A DNA stretch of 64,000 bases from an uncultured Chloroflexia bacterium (GTDB lineage Bacteria > Chloroflexota > Dehalococcoidia > Dehalococcoidales > RBG-16-60-22): assembly GCA_963727315.1 (NCBI GenBank), contig CAVSFE010000002.1, positions 407,723-471,722 on the forward strand. Reading direction: 5' to 3'. The position numbers and the translations under genes are program-made. This document shows positions 42,080 through 50,757 of this stretch, piece after piece (position 1 is the first letter of the stretch; each line of letters opens with the position of its first letter). The notes beneath the pieces were generated by a model. It had not been told where the DNA came from. It saw nothing but the letters and a program-made list of their open reading frames with translations, and ran no database searches.

Positions 42080-42560
42080 GTTTCCTGCTCCTTTCCTTTC
42101 TCTTCCGGTGCCCGCCGGGGTCGGCCTGCGCCAAAGAGCCGGCACCCACCATTATCGTGAACTCCAGGTGAGGCCGACTGTACTTTTTCCAGACCAGCGG
42201 CCCGTGCTTAACGCCCTTGGGCACGTACACTGCCGAGGTCTTATTGATGATGAGCGGCTGCCCGTCCACCATGAACTCGATTTCCCCGCCCAGCTCCTCC
42301 TGGTTCTCGGGGTCGGTGCCAAGATGGATAACGATTTCGTCGTAGTCGTGCACGTGCTCGTGGATATGGGGGTTGGGGTCGGGCATGCCGAACACCCAGC
42401 CTGTTTCGATATAAAAATTGCTGCCCGGTACTAGGTTATTGCTCATCAGGGTCATGGCCGGCCGCCGCCCCTTCACATCTTCTACAGGCACGACCTCATA
42501 GGCGGGTCGGTTTACAAAGTGTTTTTTCGCATCGTATTTTTTTATGGCTTTCTTCGGCAT
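42072..42560 (-). CDS. small cupin-like hypothetical protein (tandem paralog)
   Basis: HIHEHVHDYDEIVIHLGTDPENQEELGGEIEFMVDG...VPKGVKHGP. Confidence 0.6.
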   Translation of the reverse strand: MPKKAIKKYDAKKHFVNRPAYEVVPVEDVKGRRPAMTLMSNNLVPGSNFYIETGWVFGMPDPNPHIHEHVHDYDEIVIHLGTDPENQEELGGEIEFMVDGQPLIINKTSAVYVPKGVKHGPLVWKKYSRPHLEFTIMVGAGSLAQADPGGHRKRKERSRKHG

Positions 42561-42572
42561 AAGACTCCTCCT

Positions 42573-43004
42573 CTAAATATTGCGGGCGGTCTCCATCCCA
42601 TGGCTGATGGCATCGGCAATCAGGAGCGGCTCTTTACAATCGCCGATAGCGAAGAGTTCAGGCACCTTGCCCTTCAGGCCTTCGAACAACGTCGGGTCGG
42701 GAAGCAAAGGAAGGGCGGGGATAATGGTATCGGCGGGAATGGTCTGCTTTTTACCGTCTTTATCAATTATCGTCAGCCCTTTATCAGTTATTGCCACATA
42801 CTCTTTAACGCCGGCGATGAGGGTCACGCCTTTTTTCCGGAACCAGTCGAAAAGATAAGCCTGGATAACGTCGACCATCCCCTGCCCGAGGGTCGGGGAC
42901 TTCTCCACGATAGTGACCCGCCGGCCACGCTTGACGAGGAACTCGCCGAGCTCACAACCGTGCAGGCTGCCCCCGATAATGATGACTCTTTTGCCAATTG
43001 GCAA
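42573..43004 (-). CDS. FadH-like (2,4-dienoyl-CoA reductase / OYE-fused) flavoenzyme, C-terminal fragment; same gene as 43016..44659, with a frameshift near 43080
   Basis: GKRVIIIGGSLHGCELGEFL...AIGDC... is the second nucleotide-binding domain. The shifted frame upstream reads LSIVRLKFYLRFIGPKTLRWLTRFYLPIGKRV and joins directly. Confidence 0.75.
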   Translation of the reverse strand: MPIGKRVIIIGGSLHGCELGEFLVKRGRRVTIVEKSPTLGQGMVDVIQAYLFDWFRKKGVTLIAGVKEYVAITDKGLTIIDKDGKKQTIPADTIIPALPLLPDPTLFEGLKGKVPELFAIGDCKEPLLIADAISHGMETARNI

Positions 43005-43015
43005 ATAAAATCTGG

Positions 43016-44659
43016 TCAGCCACCGCAGGGTTTTCGGGCCGATAAAACGCAGATAAAATTTGAGCCTGACGATGGAGAGTCGGCGCTGCTGACGACATTA
43101 GCCCGGTTTATCCCGGGGATATCGGGAACTGCAGGCTTACCACCACCGGCGATAATAACCGCATCCGGCCTGATTTTCCCGATAACTTCCGGAGTTATAG
43201 ATTTGCCGAGGACTATTTTTACACCGAGCTTCTTAAGCTGGCGCTTAAAATATTTAATCATGGCAGGCAGGTCTTCAAGCTCGGTGCCTTTTACCAAGGC
43301 GGCGATGGGCAGCAGCCCGCCGAGCTTAGTTAGCCGGTCATATAGCGTCACGTCATGGCCGCGCAAGGCAGCTACCCTGGCCGCCTCAAGACCGGCCGGA
43401 CCCGCCCCGACCACCACCACCTTTTTCTTTTTCTCCGCTTTTTCAACGATATTGTAGTCTTTACCCATAAAGGCGTTAATGCGGCACCGCCGGCTCCCCA
43501 GGCAGTTCTCGCAGGCGGTGCAGGGCGCGATGTCATCCAGCCTCCCGGCGATTATTTTAGCGGGCAGGTCGGGGTCGGCCTGAAGGCGCCGCGTCATGGC
43601 GATAAAATCGGCTTTGCCCTCACGAAGGACTTTCTCGCCCAACCGCGGGTCGAGCTTGCCGACCACCATGACGGGGATAGTCACCTCCCGTTTTATCCCC
43701 GCCGCCAGATTAACGTTCCAGGCGGCACCGCGCCCAAGGGCGTTGTATTCTTTCGGAAAGCTCTTCAACGGTATAACCGGCTCCGGATAAAAAAGGAGGT
43801 CGGGGAGATAAGCGCCGACGTGATATCCGAGCCAGTGGCTCCTCACGTGGATGGCATCGGCGCCGGCGGCCTGCAGCAAACGGGCGGTGTTTTTAGCATC
43901 CTCGACCGTCAAGCACTGCTCATCGGCGATACCGACGATACGCCCGATTTCAACGCCATTAATGCAGACGGAGACGGGAAAGTCCCCGCCAAGGCGGTTC
44001 TTGATTTCCCGCACAATAGAGGTCACGAAACGCGCCCGGTTTTCCACCGACCCGCCGTAGATGTCCTGCCGGCGGTTCCAGAAAGGCGACAGGAAGTTGT
44101 GCAGCAGGTGGCTGCTGGCGGCATTAACGTCCACGCCGTCGAAGCCGGCCTTCCGGGCCCGCACCGCGGCGCCGGCGAACTTATCAATAATTGCCTCGAT
44201 TTCCGGAATCGTAAGCACGTGGGGCATTTCGTTATGAAAATCGTTTTCCGATTTCATCGTGACCGGCGAGGCGGCGATGGGCTGACCTTCGAAAAAGGGC
44301 GTGATGCCCAGCAACGCCCTCTGCCAGGGGCCGTCGTGGTTCATCTGCATAAACGTGGGGCAGCCGTACCTATGGATGACCTCGACCAGCTCGCTGAGAC
44401 CTTTGATGAACCTGTCGTCGTCGATACGGTAGCGCTGCTGCCAGCGCGCGCCCAGAGGGTAGTCGATGGTGGGCGACTCGACAATCAGGAGCCCGACGCC
44501 GCCCCGCGCCAGCGACTCGTAGTAAGCCAAGATAGCGGCGTTCATACGGGTCTCGTCCTGATGCCACATGAAAGTCCCGGCACCGGTCTTGACGATGCGA
44601 TTCCTGGTCTTTACCGACCCGATGCGGCCGGGCTCTAAAAGCTTATCGAATTTGCCCAT
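43016..44659 (-). CDS. FadH-like NADH:flavin oxidoreductase (OYE TIM barrel + Fe-S + FAD/NAD domains), N-terminal fragment
   Basis: The OYE-like N-terminus is ...IVKTGAGTFMWH..., ...HDGPW... The Cys cluster is CTACENCLGSRRC. VVVVGAGPAGLEAARVAALRGH is also present. The last ~25 codons are out of frame. Confidence 0.75.
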   Translation of the reverse strand: MGKFDKLLEPGRIGSVKTRNRIVKTGAGTFMWHQDETRMNAAILAYYESLARGGVGLLIVESPTIDYPLGARWQQRYRIDDDRFIKGLSELVEVIHRYGCPTFMQMNHDGPWQRALLGITPFFEGQPIAASPVTMKSENDFHNEMPHVLTIPEIEAIIDKFAGAAVRARKAGFDGVDVNAASSHLLHNFLSPFWNRRQDIYGGSVENRARFVTSIVREIKNRLGGDFPVSVCINGVEIGRIVGIADEQCLTVEDAKNTARLLQAAGADAIHVRSHWLGYHVGAYLPDLLFYPEPVIPLKSFPKEYNALGRGAAWNVNLAAGIKREVTIPVMVVGKLDPRLGEKVLREGKADFIAMTRRLQADPDLPAKIIAGRLDDIAPCTACENCLGSRRCRINAFMGKDYNIVEKAEKKKKVVVVGAGPAGLEAARVAALRGHDVTLYDRLTKLGGLLPIAALVKGTELEDLPAMIKYFKRQLKKLGVKIVLGKSITPEVIGKIRPDAVIIAGGGKPAVPDIPGINRANVVSSADSPSSGSNFICVLSARKPCGG

Positions 44660-44691
44660 ATCGCGCTTTCCTCTGATAGTCTAACGGTGAT

Positions 44692-45084
44692 TCACTTTTC
44701 CAGCATCTCTTTGAGCGGCGCCCAGTAATAGTCCCGCCAGCCCTGCGAAACGTCACCGGCAAACTCCTCCGGGACGCCCGTCTGGAGAAAGGTGAGCTGC
44801 GTGCCGCCGGCGGCCGCCTTCAACGCGAAGGTGACTTTAGAAGAAATACCTTCCGGCCAATCGCTGGCGCGCCAGGTCTGCAGGATTTTTTTATCCGGTA
44901 CCAACTCCAGATTAACACCCTCCGCATATTCATCGAAGGCGCTAAATTTGCCCCCGACCTCCCGGCTGATGACGGCTTTATCACCCGTGAGTGTTGAATG
45001 CTTTTTAGAGTCCATTAAAGCCTCATAGACATCATGCGGGGTGGCTTTAATCGTTACCGATTGCCTGATCGTTCTGGTTTTCAT
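44692..45084 (-). CDS. SRPBCC / AHSA1 (Aha1-like) domain protein
   Basis: 130 aa. IRQSVTIKATPHDVYEALMDSKKHSTLTG...GGKFSAFD...LTFLQTGVP. Confidence 0.7.
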   Translation of the reverse strand: MKTRTIRQSVTIKATPHDVYEALMDSKKHSTLTGDKAVISREVGGKFSAFDEYAEGVNLELVPDKKILQTWRASDWPEGISSKVTFALKAAAGGTQLTFLQTGVPEEFAGDVSQGWRDYYWAPLKEMLEK

Positions 45085-45170
45085 GTTTCATCTCCGCTCG
45101 GATTCTAATTATTCCAAGCTATATAGTAACATTTTTCTCTTATTTCCCAAAATATTCGGCCGCGATGAAT

Positions 45171-46406
45171 TTAGAATATCAGCAGGAACAGCCAGTAGAC
45201 CGCCACGTTCAAAATCGTCAGGGGCACGCCGATTTTCACGAACTCCAGGAAGGTCAGGGTGGCGCCTCTCTTCTCGGCGTTCTGTATAATAATGATATTG
45301 CTGGCCGCGCCGAGGATGGTCAGGTTGCCGGCGATGGTACTCCCCGCCGCCAGCGCCATCATGCCCGTGGTCATGGCGCCGGCCTGCAACAGCACCGGCA
45401 AATAGAGCGCCACCAGCGGGACATTGGAGAGCAACTGGCTCAGGAGAACGCTCACGCCCAGAATCATCGCCGGCGAACTCAGATTTACATTGGTGGATGC
45501 AATAGCCTGCTGGAAATAGCCGGAGTCCCAGACGCTCTGCATCAGGACGAACATCGACGCAAAGAAAATCAGGGTAAACCAGTCGAGGCGCTTCAATATG
45601 CCCGGCCGCCGCGGAATAAAAAGGAAAATCGGCAGCGCCGCCGCCAGGCCGATATAGGTCAACTTGAAATCGATGCCCGGCGCAACCGCCACCAGCAATA
45701 TCTTTACCAGCACCAGAACGACCAGAATTACCAGAGAAATCCTGGCCAGTCCCGCCAGCCGGGCGTCTTTCAGAGGCTCTACCGACGGCACCGAAGGCTT
45801 ATCATGAAAATGCTTGCGGTAGAACAACCTCAACAGCCCGTAAGCTATGCCCAGATTGATAAGGGTCGGCAGCATGAGGTATTTAAAGAAAGTAACGAAA
45901 GGGTTGGCGACGTTGCCGTGGATGGCTATCAGCAGATTCTGCGGGTTGCCGATGGGGCTCATCACGCTGCCAATGGTCACGGCAAAAGCCAGGGAAAGCA
46001 AGAGGATTTTGGGCTGCGTATTGGCCTGGCTGGCCAGGGCCAGGACAACGGGCGTCCCGATGATAGCCAGCGTATCGTTCAGGAGCAGCGCCGACAGCAG
46101 TCCCATGCCAAAAAGTATCAGGAGTACCAGAGAATTCAGAGTCCGCGCCTTTCCAAAAAACCGGCAAGCAAGGTGGCCGAGATAGCCGCTGTCTTCCATC
46201 GCCTGTCCGATGGTGAAAACGCAGAACAGGAAAAGCATGACGTCGGCGTTGATAGCTTTTAAGGCGTTAAGCGGAGATATCTGTGCGGTGACCAGAACGA
46301 CCAGCGCCCCCAGCAACATTATCTGCCATATCTGGAGCCTGATATTGCCGACCTTGCGGACGGCGATAAGGACAAAGACGACAGCCAGGGTAATGAGCGA
46401 AATCAT
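45171..46406 (-). CDS. ArsB/NhaD (CitMHS/SLC13-like) family permease
   Basis: 411 aa, polytopic. ...IGSVMSPIGNPQNLLIA... is the typical anion-permease re-entrant motif. Confidence 0.7.
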   Translation of the reverse strand: MISLITLAVVFVLIAVRKVGNIRLQIWQIMLLGALVVLVTAQISPLNALKAINADVMLFLFCVFTIGQAMEDSGYLGHLACRFFGKARTLNSLVLLILFGMGLLSALLLNDTLAIIGTPVVLALASQANTQPKILLLSLAFAVTIGSVMSPIGNPQNLLIAIHGNVANPFVTFFKYLMLPTLINLGIAYGLLRLFYRKHFHDKPSVPSVEPLKDARLAGLARISLVILVVLVLVKILLVAVAPGIDFKLTYIGLAAALPIFLFIPRRPGILKRLDWFTLIFFASMFVLMQSVWDSGYFQQAIASTNVNLSSPAMILGVSVLLSQLLSNVPLVALYLPVLLQAGAMTTGMMALAAGSTIAGNLTILGAASNIIIIQNAEKRGATLTFLEFVKIGVPLTILNVAVYWLFLLIF

Positions 46407-46431
46407 ATAAGGCTGTAACTAAAAAGATCTT

Positions 46432-47055
46432 TTAACCCGGAACACTGATAATGCCGATAAGATTTAATCCCCGAATAACCATGCTGACGGCGATAGCGGC
46501 CAGCAGCAGGCTGAAGACGCGGGAGGTCGCCCGGATGCCGCCCTCCCCCATAAAAGCGGCAATCCTCTGGCTCAAGAGGAAGAAAATCCAGGTAATCACC
46601 ATATTCACCGCAAAAGAAACCAGGACGATGTAAATCTTATACTGGAGCGACAGGAGAAGCAGGGTGGTGATGGTGGCGGGGCCGACCGTCAGCGGCGTCC
46701 CGATAGGGACCACCGCTACCATCTCCTCTTTAATCATGGTGACCATATGGCCGGTGGTCATGTACGAAATCGAAAGCACCAGCAGGATAATCCCGCCGGC
46801 GATGGCGAAAGACCCGACGGAAATATTCATGACATCCAAGATAAACCGCCCGAAGAAAAGGAAGACCAAACCGACGATAGTGGCGGTAATGACGGCAAGG
46901 TGGACCATCCGGAGCCGCTCCGGTCTCGTCTTATTTTCGCCCATGGTGATGACAAAGGGCAGGTTGCCAAAGGCATCGATAACGATGAACAGGGGCACGA
47001 AGGTCATCACGAAATCTTGCCAGGACACCTTAAAGCATCCCTCCCGGGCAGACAA
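46432..47055 (-). CDS. MarC family (UPF0056) membrane protein
   Basis: ...FVPLFIVIDAFGNLPFVI..., about 6 TM helices, ~200 aa. Confidence 0.7.
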   Translation of the reverse strand: MSAREGCFKVSWQDFVMTFVPLFIVIDAFGNLPFVITMGENKTRPERLRMVHLAVITATIVGLVFLFFGRFILDVMNISVGSFAIAGGIILLVLSISYMTTGHMVTMIKEEMVAVVPIGTPLTVGPATITTLLLLSLQYKIYIVLVSFAVNMVITWIFFLLSQRIAAFMGEGGIRATSRVFSLLLAAIAVSMVIRGLNLIGIISVPG

Positions 47056-47069
47056 TCGGACTATCTATA

Positions 47070-47543
47070 TTATAGCTTTTTTCTAAGGACAAGTTTATCG
47101 TCGCCGGGCGTGTAAAAATCGGGGATGCAGGCCACGGTCTCGTAGCCGCGGCGCTCGTAGAATTGGCGGGTATTTTCGTAGAGCGGCGTCGAGGACGTCT
47201 CGATAATAGCCAGTCTGCCCCCGGCCTTCTTAATCGCCGTTTCCGCCGCTTCCGAAAGCATTTTCCCGATACCATGCCCGCGCTTCGCCCGGTCGACCGC
47301 CACCCAGTAGATATCCCAGGTGCCCACGGTGCAGGGCGTCTCGCCGTAGCAAATATACCCCGCGATTTTGCCGTCTTCCTCGGCGATAAGGGTGAAATAA
47401 CCGGCCCGGGGGTCGTTAAGATAGCTGTCAATGACCTCCTCCGCCACCACTACCTCGAAAGATTTAAATTCGGGCGTATTGCGGAGTATTCGTATCAGCG
47501 CCGATTTGTCCCCGGCGACCATGGGGCGGATCCTGACGGTCAT
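47070..47543 (-). CDS. GNAT family N-acetyltransferase
   Basis: MTVRIRPMVAGD...WVAVDRAKRGHGIGKMLSEAAE (R/Q-x-x-G-x-G/A acetyl-CoA motif). Confidence 0.8.
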   Translation of the reverse strand: MTVRIRPMVAGDKSALIRILRNTPEFKSFEVVVAEEVIDSYLNDPRAGYFTLIAEEDGKIAGYICYGETPCTVGTWDIYWVAVDRAKRGHGIGKMLSEAAETAIKKAGGRLAIIETSSTPLYENTRQFYERRGYETVACIPDFYTPGDDKLVLRKKL

Positions 47544-48543
47544 AGTCTTTTTTCTCCAGAGCCAGTTTCACAATTTTATCAACAAACTGCGTATAATTCA
47601 TGCCGACCGCCAGGGCCTGCCGGGCCGCGCCGGTGCCCGGCGAGATATCCGGGTTAGGGTTGACTTCCATGACGTTGAGCTTCCCCGCTTCGTCCAGGCG
47701 CATATCCACCCGCGCGTACCCGCGGCAACCCAACAACTTATAAGCCGCCAGGGCCGTCCCGGCAACATAGTCCCGCTCCTCAGGTTCTATCTCCGCCGGG
47801 CAAACGACCTTGGTCCCTTTAAAATAAACGCTGTCCTCCTCCCACTTGGCCTCGAAGCTCAGGATGCGGGGCACCCCCGGCGACAGCGAATAGACAATCT
47901 CGGAAACGGGCAACACGACACACTCCGAGTTGCCCATGACCGTGGCGTTAAACTCGCGCCCACCGACGAAACGCTCGACCAAGGCGGCGCTGCCGTAACA
48001 TTCCGCGATGACTTTGACCTGCCTCGCCAGCGACGGAAAATCGTTGACCACGCTGTCCGCGGTGATACCGTGGCTGGCGTCCTCGGCGCGGGGCTTGACG
48101 ATACAGGGATAATCGAGGTGGAACGTGGACAGCGTCTCCGGGTTGAGCAACTGAAAGTCCGCCGTGGGAATGCCGGCGGCCTGAAGCAGCACCTTGACCT
48201 TGGCTTTATCCAGGGCCAGCCGGAGCACCGCGGCCTCGCAGCCGGTGAAAGGCAGCCCCAGCTCCGCCAGTGTTTCCGGCACCAGGGCTTCCGTCTCCGG
48301 CTCGCCGCAAAAACCCTCGAAAAGATTGAAGACCAACAGTACTTCCAGCGATGCCAGCTTCTGACGGGCCGTCTTAAAGGGCGGCACCAGCGGCAGGAGG
48401 ACTACCTCATGTCCCAACTCGACTATCGAGGCGCGCACCGCTTCCACCGCTTCAAGGACGCCGATAACCGCCTTCTGTTCATGGGTACGGTCATAGCGCG
48501 ACGGGTTCGGCTCGTTATAGACGACGGCTACACGCGCACACAT
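47464..48543 (-). CDS. D-Ala-D-Ala-ligase-like ATP-grasp enzyme (the 3' tail is probably out of frame)
   Basis: VAVVYNEP...CIVKPRAEDASHGI...VMEVNPNPDISPG. The last ~27 codons overlap the GNAT gene by 80 nt. One extra A in the A6 run (T6 at 47548-47553 on +) would end the protein at ...LALEKKRL with a TGA overlapping the GNAT ATG. Confidence 0.75.
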   Translation of the reverse strand: MCARVAVVYNEPNPSRYDRTHEQKAVIGVLEAVEAVRASIVELGHEVVLLPLVPPFKTARQKLASLEVLLVFNLFEGFCGEPETEALVPETLAELGLPFTGCEAAVLRLALDKAKVKVLLQAAGIPTADFQLLNPETLSTFHLDYPCIVKPRAEDASHGITADSVVNDFPSLARQVKVIAECYGSAALVERFVGGREFNATVMGNSECVVLPVSEIVYSLSPGVPRILSFEAKWEEDSVYFKGTKVVCPAEIEPEERDYVAGTALAAYKLLGCRGYARVDMRLDEAGKLNVMEVNPNPDISPGTGAARQALAVGMNYTQFVDKIVKLALEKKDYDRQDPPHGRRGQIGADTNTPQYARI

Positions 48544-49529
48544 TGCGGGTACCTCTCTGTAGCGGCATCAAGCACACTACCGATTAGTGCCTCATATTTC
48601 CAACCCAGCATCAGCGCCATAATAACGAGGTCGCTGTAGCTCCCGAGTCCGGGGAGGGGGTTGATTTCGATAAAGTACGGTGTGCCGTCACGGCTGACAC
48701 GGAAGTCGATGCGGGAGAAGTCGCGGCAGCCGAGCGTTTTAAAGGCGGCAACGGAGAAACGCTGCATTTTATCAAGCGTTTCTTCGGGCAGCCGGGCGGG
48801 ACACTCATAGTCCACAAGATTGACGTAGTCGCGCTTCACTTCCAGCGAATAGACGAAATGCGCGACGGGCTTTTTGGGCACGACGCGCATCATGCCCACT
48901 ATCTGCGGCGGCGAGTTGCCGACCATGCCCACAGTCACCTCATCGCCGTCGATAAACTCCTCCACCATGACCGGCTGGCGATAGCTGTCCAGAATTCTCC
49001 GGACTTCCGCTTCCGCCCGGGGGACGTTATGCGCCAGTGAGGTCAGGCGGATGCCCTTACTCGAGCCTTCGGAGGCCGGCTTAATGATGACGGGGAATTT
49101 TATCTTTTCCCAGGGCGCCCGGCGCAGCTCCTCCCCGCCGCCAATCACCAGCCAGCCGGGGGTGCTGATACCCTCCGCCGCCACCAGCTTTTTCGTCAGC
49201 GGTTTATCGAGGCACACCGCCAGGCAAAGCGGGTCGGAGCCGGTATAGGGAATATCCAGCATCTCCAGGACGGCCGGCACCTGGGCTTCGCGACTGCGGT
49301 ATGTCCCGCGGCCTTCGGCGACGTTAAAAACGATATCAACGCTCTCGCGGCGGATGTTATCGAGGAAGCGCGTACCGCCGCCCAGCCTGATGACCTCGTG
49401 CCCCCTCGATTCGAGGGCCGCCGATATCATCGCCACCGTTTCCGGAGAATCGTATTCTTCCAGCGCGTCCTCGACGGAGAGATGCCCTTCTACGGCCTCT
49501 TTAAGGTCATACGATAACCCGATCCGCAT
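48528..49529 (-). CDS. D-Ala-D-Ala-ligase-like ATP-grasp enzyme
   Basis: MRIGLSYDLK...VIIKPASEGSSKGI...FIEINPLPGL. Confidence 0.8.
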   Translation of the reverse strand: MRIGLSYDLKEAVEGHLSVEDALEEYDSPETVAMISAALESRGHEVIRLGGGTRFLDNIRRESVDIVFNVAEGRGTYRSREAQVPAVLEMLDIPYTGSDPLCLAVCLDKPLTKKLVAAEGISTPGWLVIGGGEELRRAPWEKIKFPVIIKPASEGSSKGIRLTSLAHNVPRAEAEVRRILDSYRQPVMVEEFIDGDEVTVGMVGNSPPQIVGMMRVVPKKPVAHFVYSLEVKRDYVNLVDYECPARLPEETLDKMQRFSVAAFKTLGCRDFSRIDFRVSRDGTPYFIEINPLPGLGSYSDLVIMALMLGWKYEALIGSVLDAATERYPQCVRV

Positions 49530-50757
49530 CTACTTCTCCTTCGACTTTCACCGGCAGGTCGGCGTCCGCCAACAGACTATCGACGATGCCACTCACCGGC
49601 GCCCCGACAGCATCGGGGTGAGTCGGCGAATTCGGATTACGATAACGGAAGACCTTGCCTTCATAGTTTTTCAATAACAACTCGTCCCTGGTCATTGACA
49701 GCACGTAGTTAGGCTGCAGAGGCACCTTGCCGCCGCCGTTGACCAGGTCCACGACGAAACTGGGCACGGCCAGGCCACTGGTATGCCCGCGCATCCCTTC
49801 GATGATTTTAATGCCAACCTCAACCGGGGTGCGCAGATGCTCCGTCCCCTGCACCTCGTCGCACTGGAAGAGGTAGTAGGGACGTACTTTAATTTTAAGC
49901 AGTCCCTGGCAGAGCTTCAGCTGGGTCGAAACGCTATCGTTGATGCCCCTCAACAAAACAGTCTGGTTATTGACCGGCACGCCGGCGCGCAGCAGGCGGT
50001 CGCAGGCGGCCGCCGACTCCGGCGTTATCTCGCGGGGGTGGTTGAAGTGGGTGTTCAACCATATCGGGCCGTGCCTCGACAGCATGTCGCAGAGCTCGGC
50101 GTCAATACGCTGCGGCAGCACCACGGGGAAGCGGGTACCGATACGGATGATTTCGATATGCTTGATTTCCCGTATTTTAGAGATAATCATCTCCAGGTGG
50201 CCCGTCGAAAGCGTCAGCGGGTCGCCGCCGGAGATGATGACATCCCTGACTTTCGTATTGCGGCGCAGGTAGTCCAGCATGGCTTCTATCTCGTTCCAGG
50301 GACGCACCCAGCCGCCATGCCGCCATTCCCTCTTGCGCGTGCAGTGACGGCAGAGCATGGGACAGATATCGGTAAGCACCATCAATACGCGGTCGGGATA
50401 GCGGTGCACCAGGCCGGGAACCACCGAGTCCTCTTTTTCCGCCAACGGGTCTTCCAGACCGATATCGCTCATGGAAATCTCAAGAATAGAAGGGACCGCC
50501 TGTTTCCTCACCGGGTCATTGGGGTCGTGCGGGGTTAACGAGCGACAGGTAGTAAGGAGTGATGGCAAGGGGATAACGCTGGCAAACCAGAGCGATTTGC
50601 TCTTTTTCCTCGATGGATAGCGGGACCAGCCGGCTGAGCTGGTCAACCGAGGTGATGCGGTTACGGAAGTGCCACTTCCAGTCATTCCAGGAACTATCGG
50701 GAACGTTCCCGAACAGTCTATATCTACCGGCAAGGCTTTTACCGGGGGGCTCGTCAT
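49507..50757 (-). CDS. KamA-family radical-SAM 2,3-aminomutase, main fragment; same gene as 50516..50902, with a frameshift near 50530
   Basis: HDPNDPVRKQAVP...GLVHRYPDRVLMVLTDICPMLCRHCTRK (CxxxCxxC)...ISGGDPL. The first ~75 codons of the track ORF are out of frame. Confidence 0.8.
   Translation of the reverse strand: MTSPPVKALPVDIDCSGTFPIVPGMTGSGTSVTASPRLTSSAGWSRYPSRKKSKSLWFASVIPLPSLLTTCRSLTPHDPNDPVRKQAVPSILEISMSDIGLEDPLAEKEDSVVPGLVHRYPDRVLMVLTDICPMLCRHCTRKREWRHGGWVRPWNEIEAMLDYLRRNTKVRDVIISGGDPLTLSTGHLEMIISKIREIKHIEIIRIGTRFPVVLPQRIDAELCDMLSRHGPIWLNTHFNHPREITPESAAACDRLLRAGVPVNNQTVLLRGINDSVSTQLKLCQGLLKIKVRPYYLFQCDEVQGTEHLRTPVEVGIKIIEGMRGHTSGLAVPSFVVDLVNGGGKVPLQPNYVLSMTRDELLLKNYEGKVFRYRNPNSPTHPDAVGAPVSGIVDSLLADADLPVKVEGEVDADRVIV

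Noticed and set aside
2109-48639. Long plus-strand ORFs opposite minus-strand genes (2109..3017, 8461..9057, 42519..43457, 43355..44638, 45165..46262, 47431..48639).
   Set aside because: Each lies antisense to a gene with clear family motifs. Their products are repetitive and Arg/Gly/Pro/His-rich, as expected for stop-poor antisense frames in GC-rich coding DNA.
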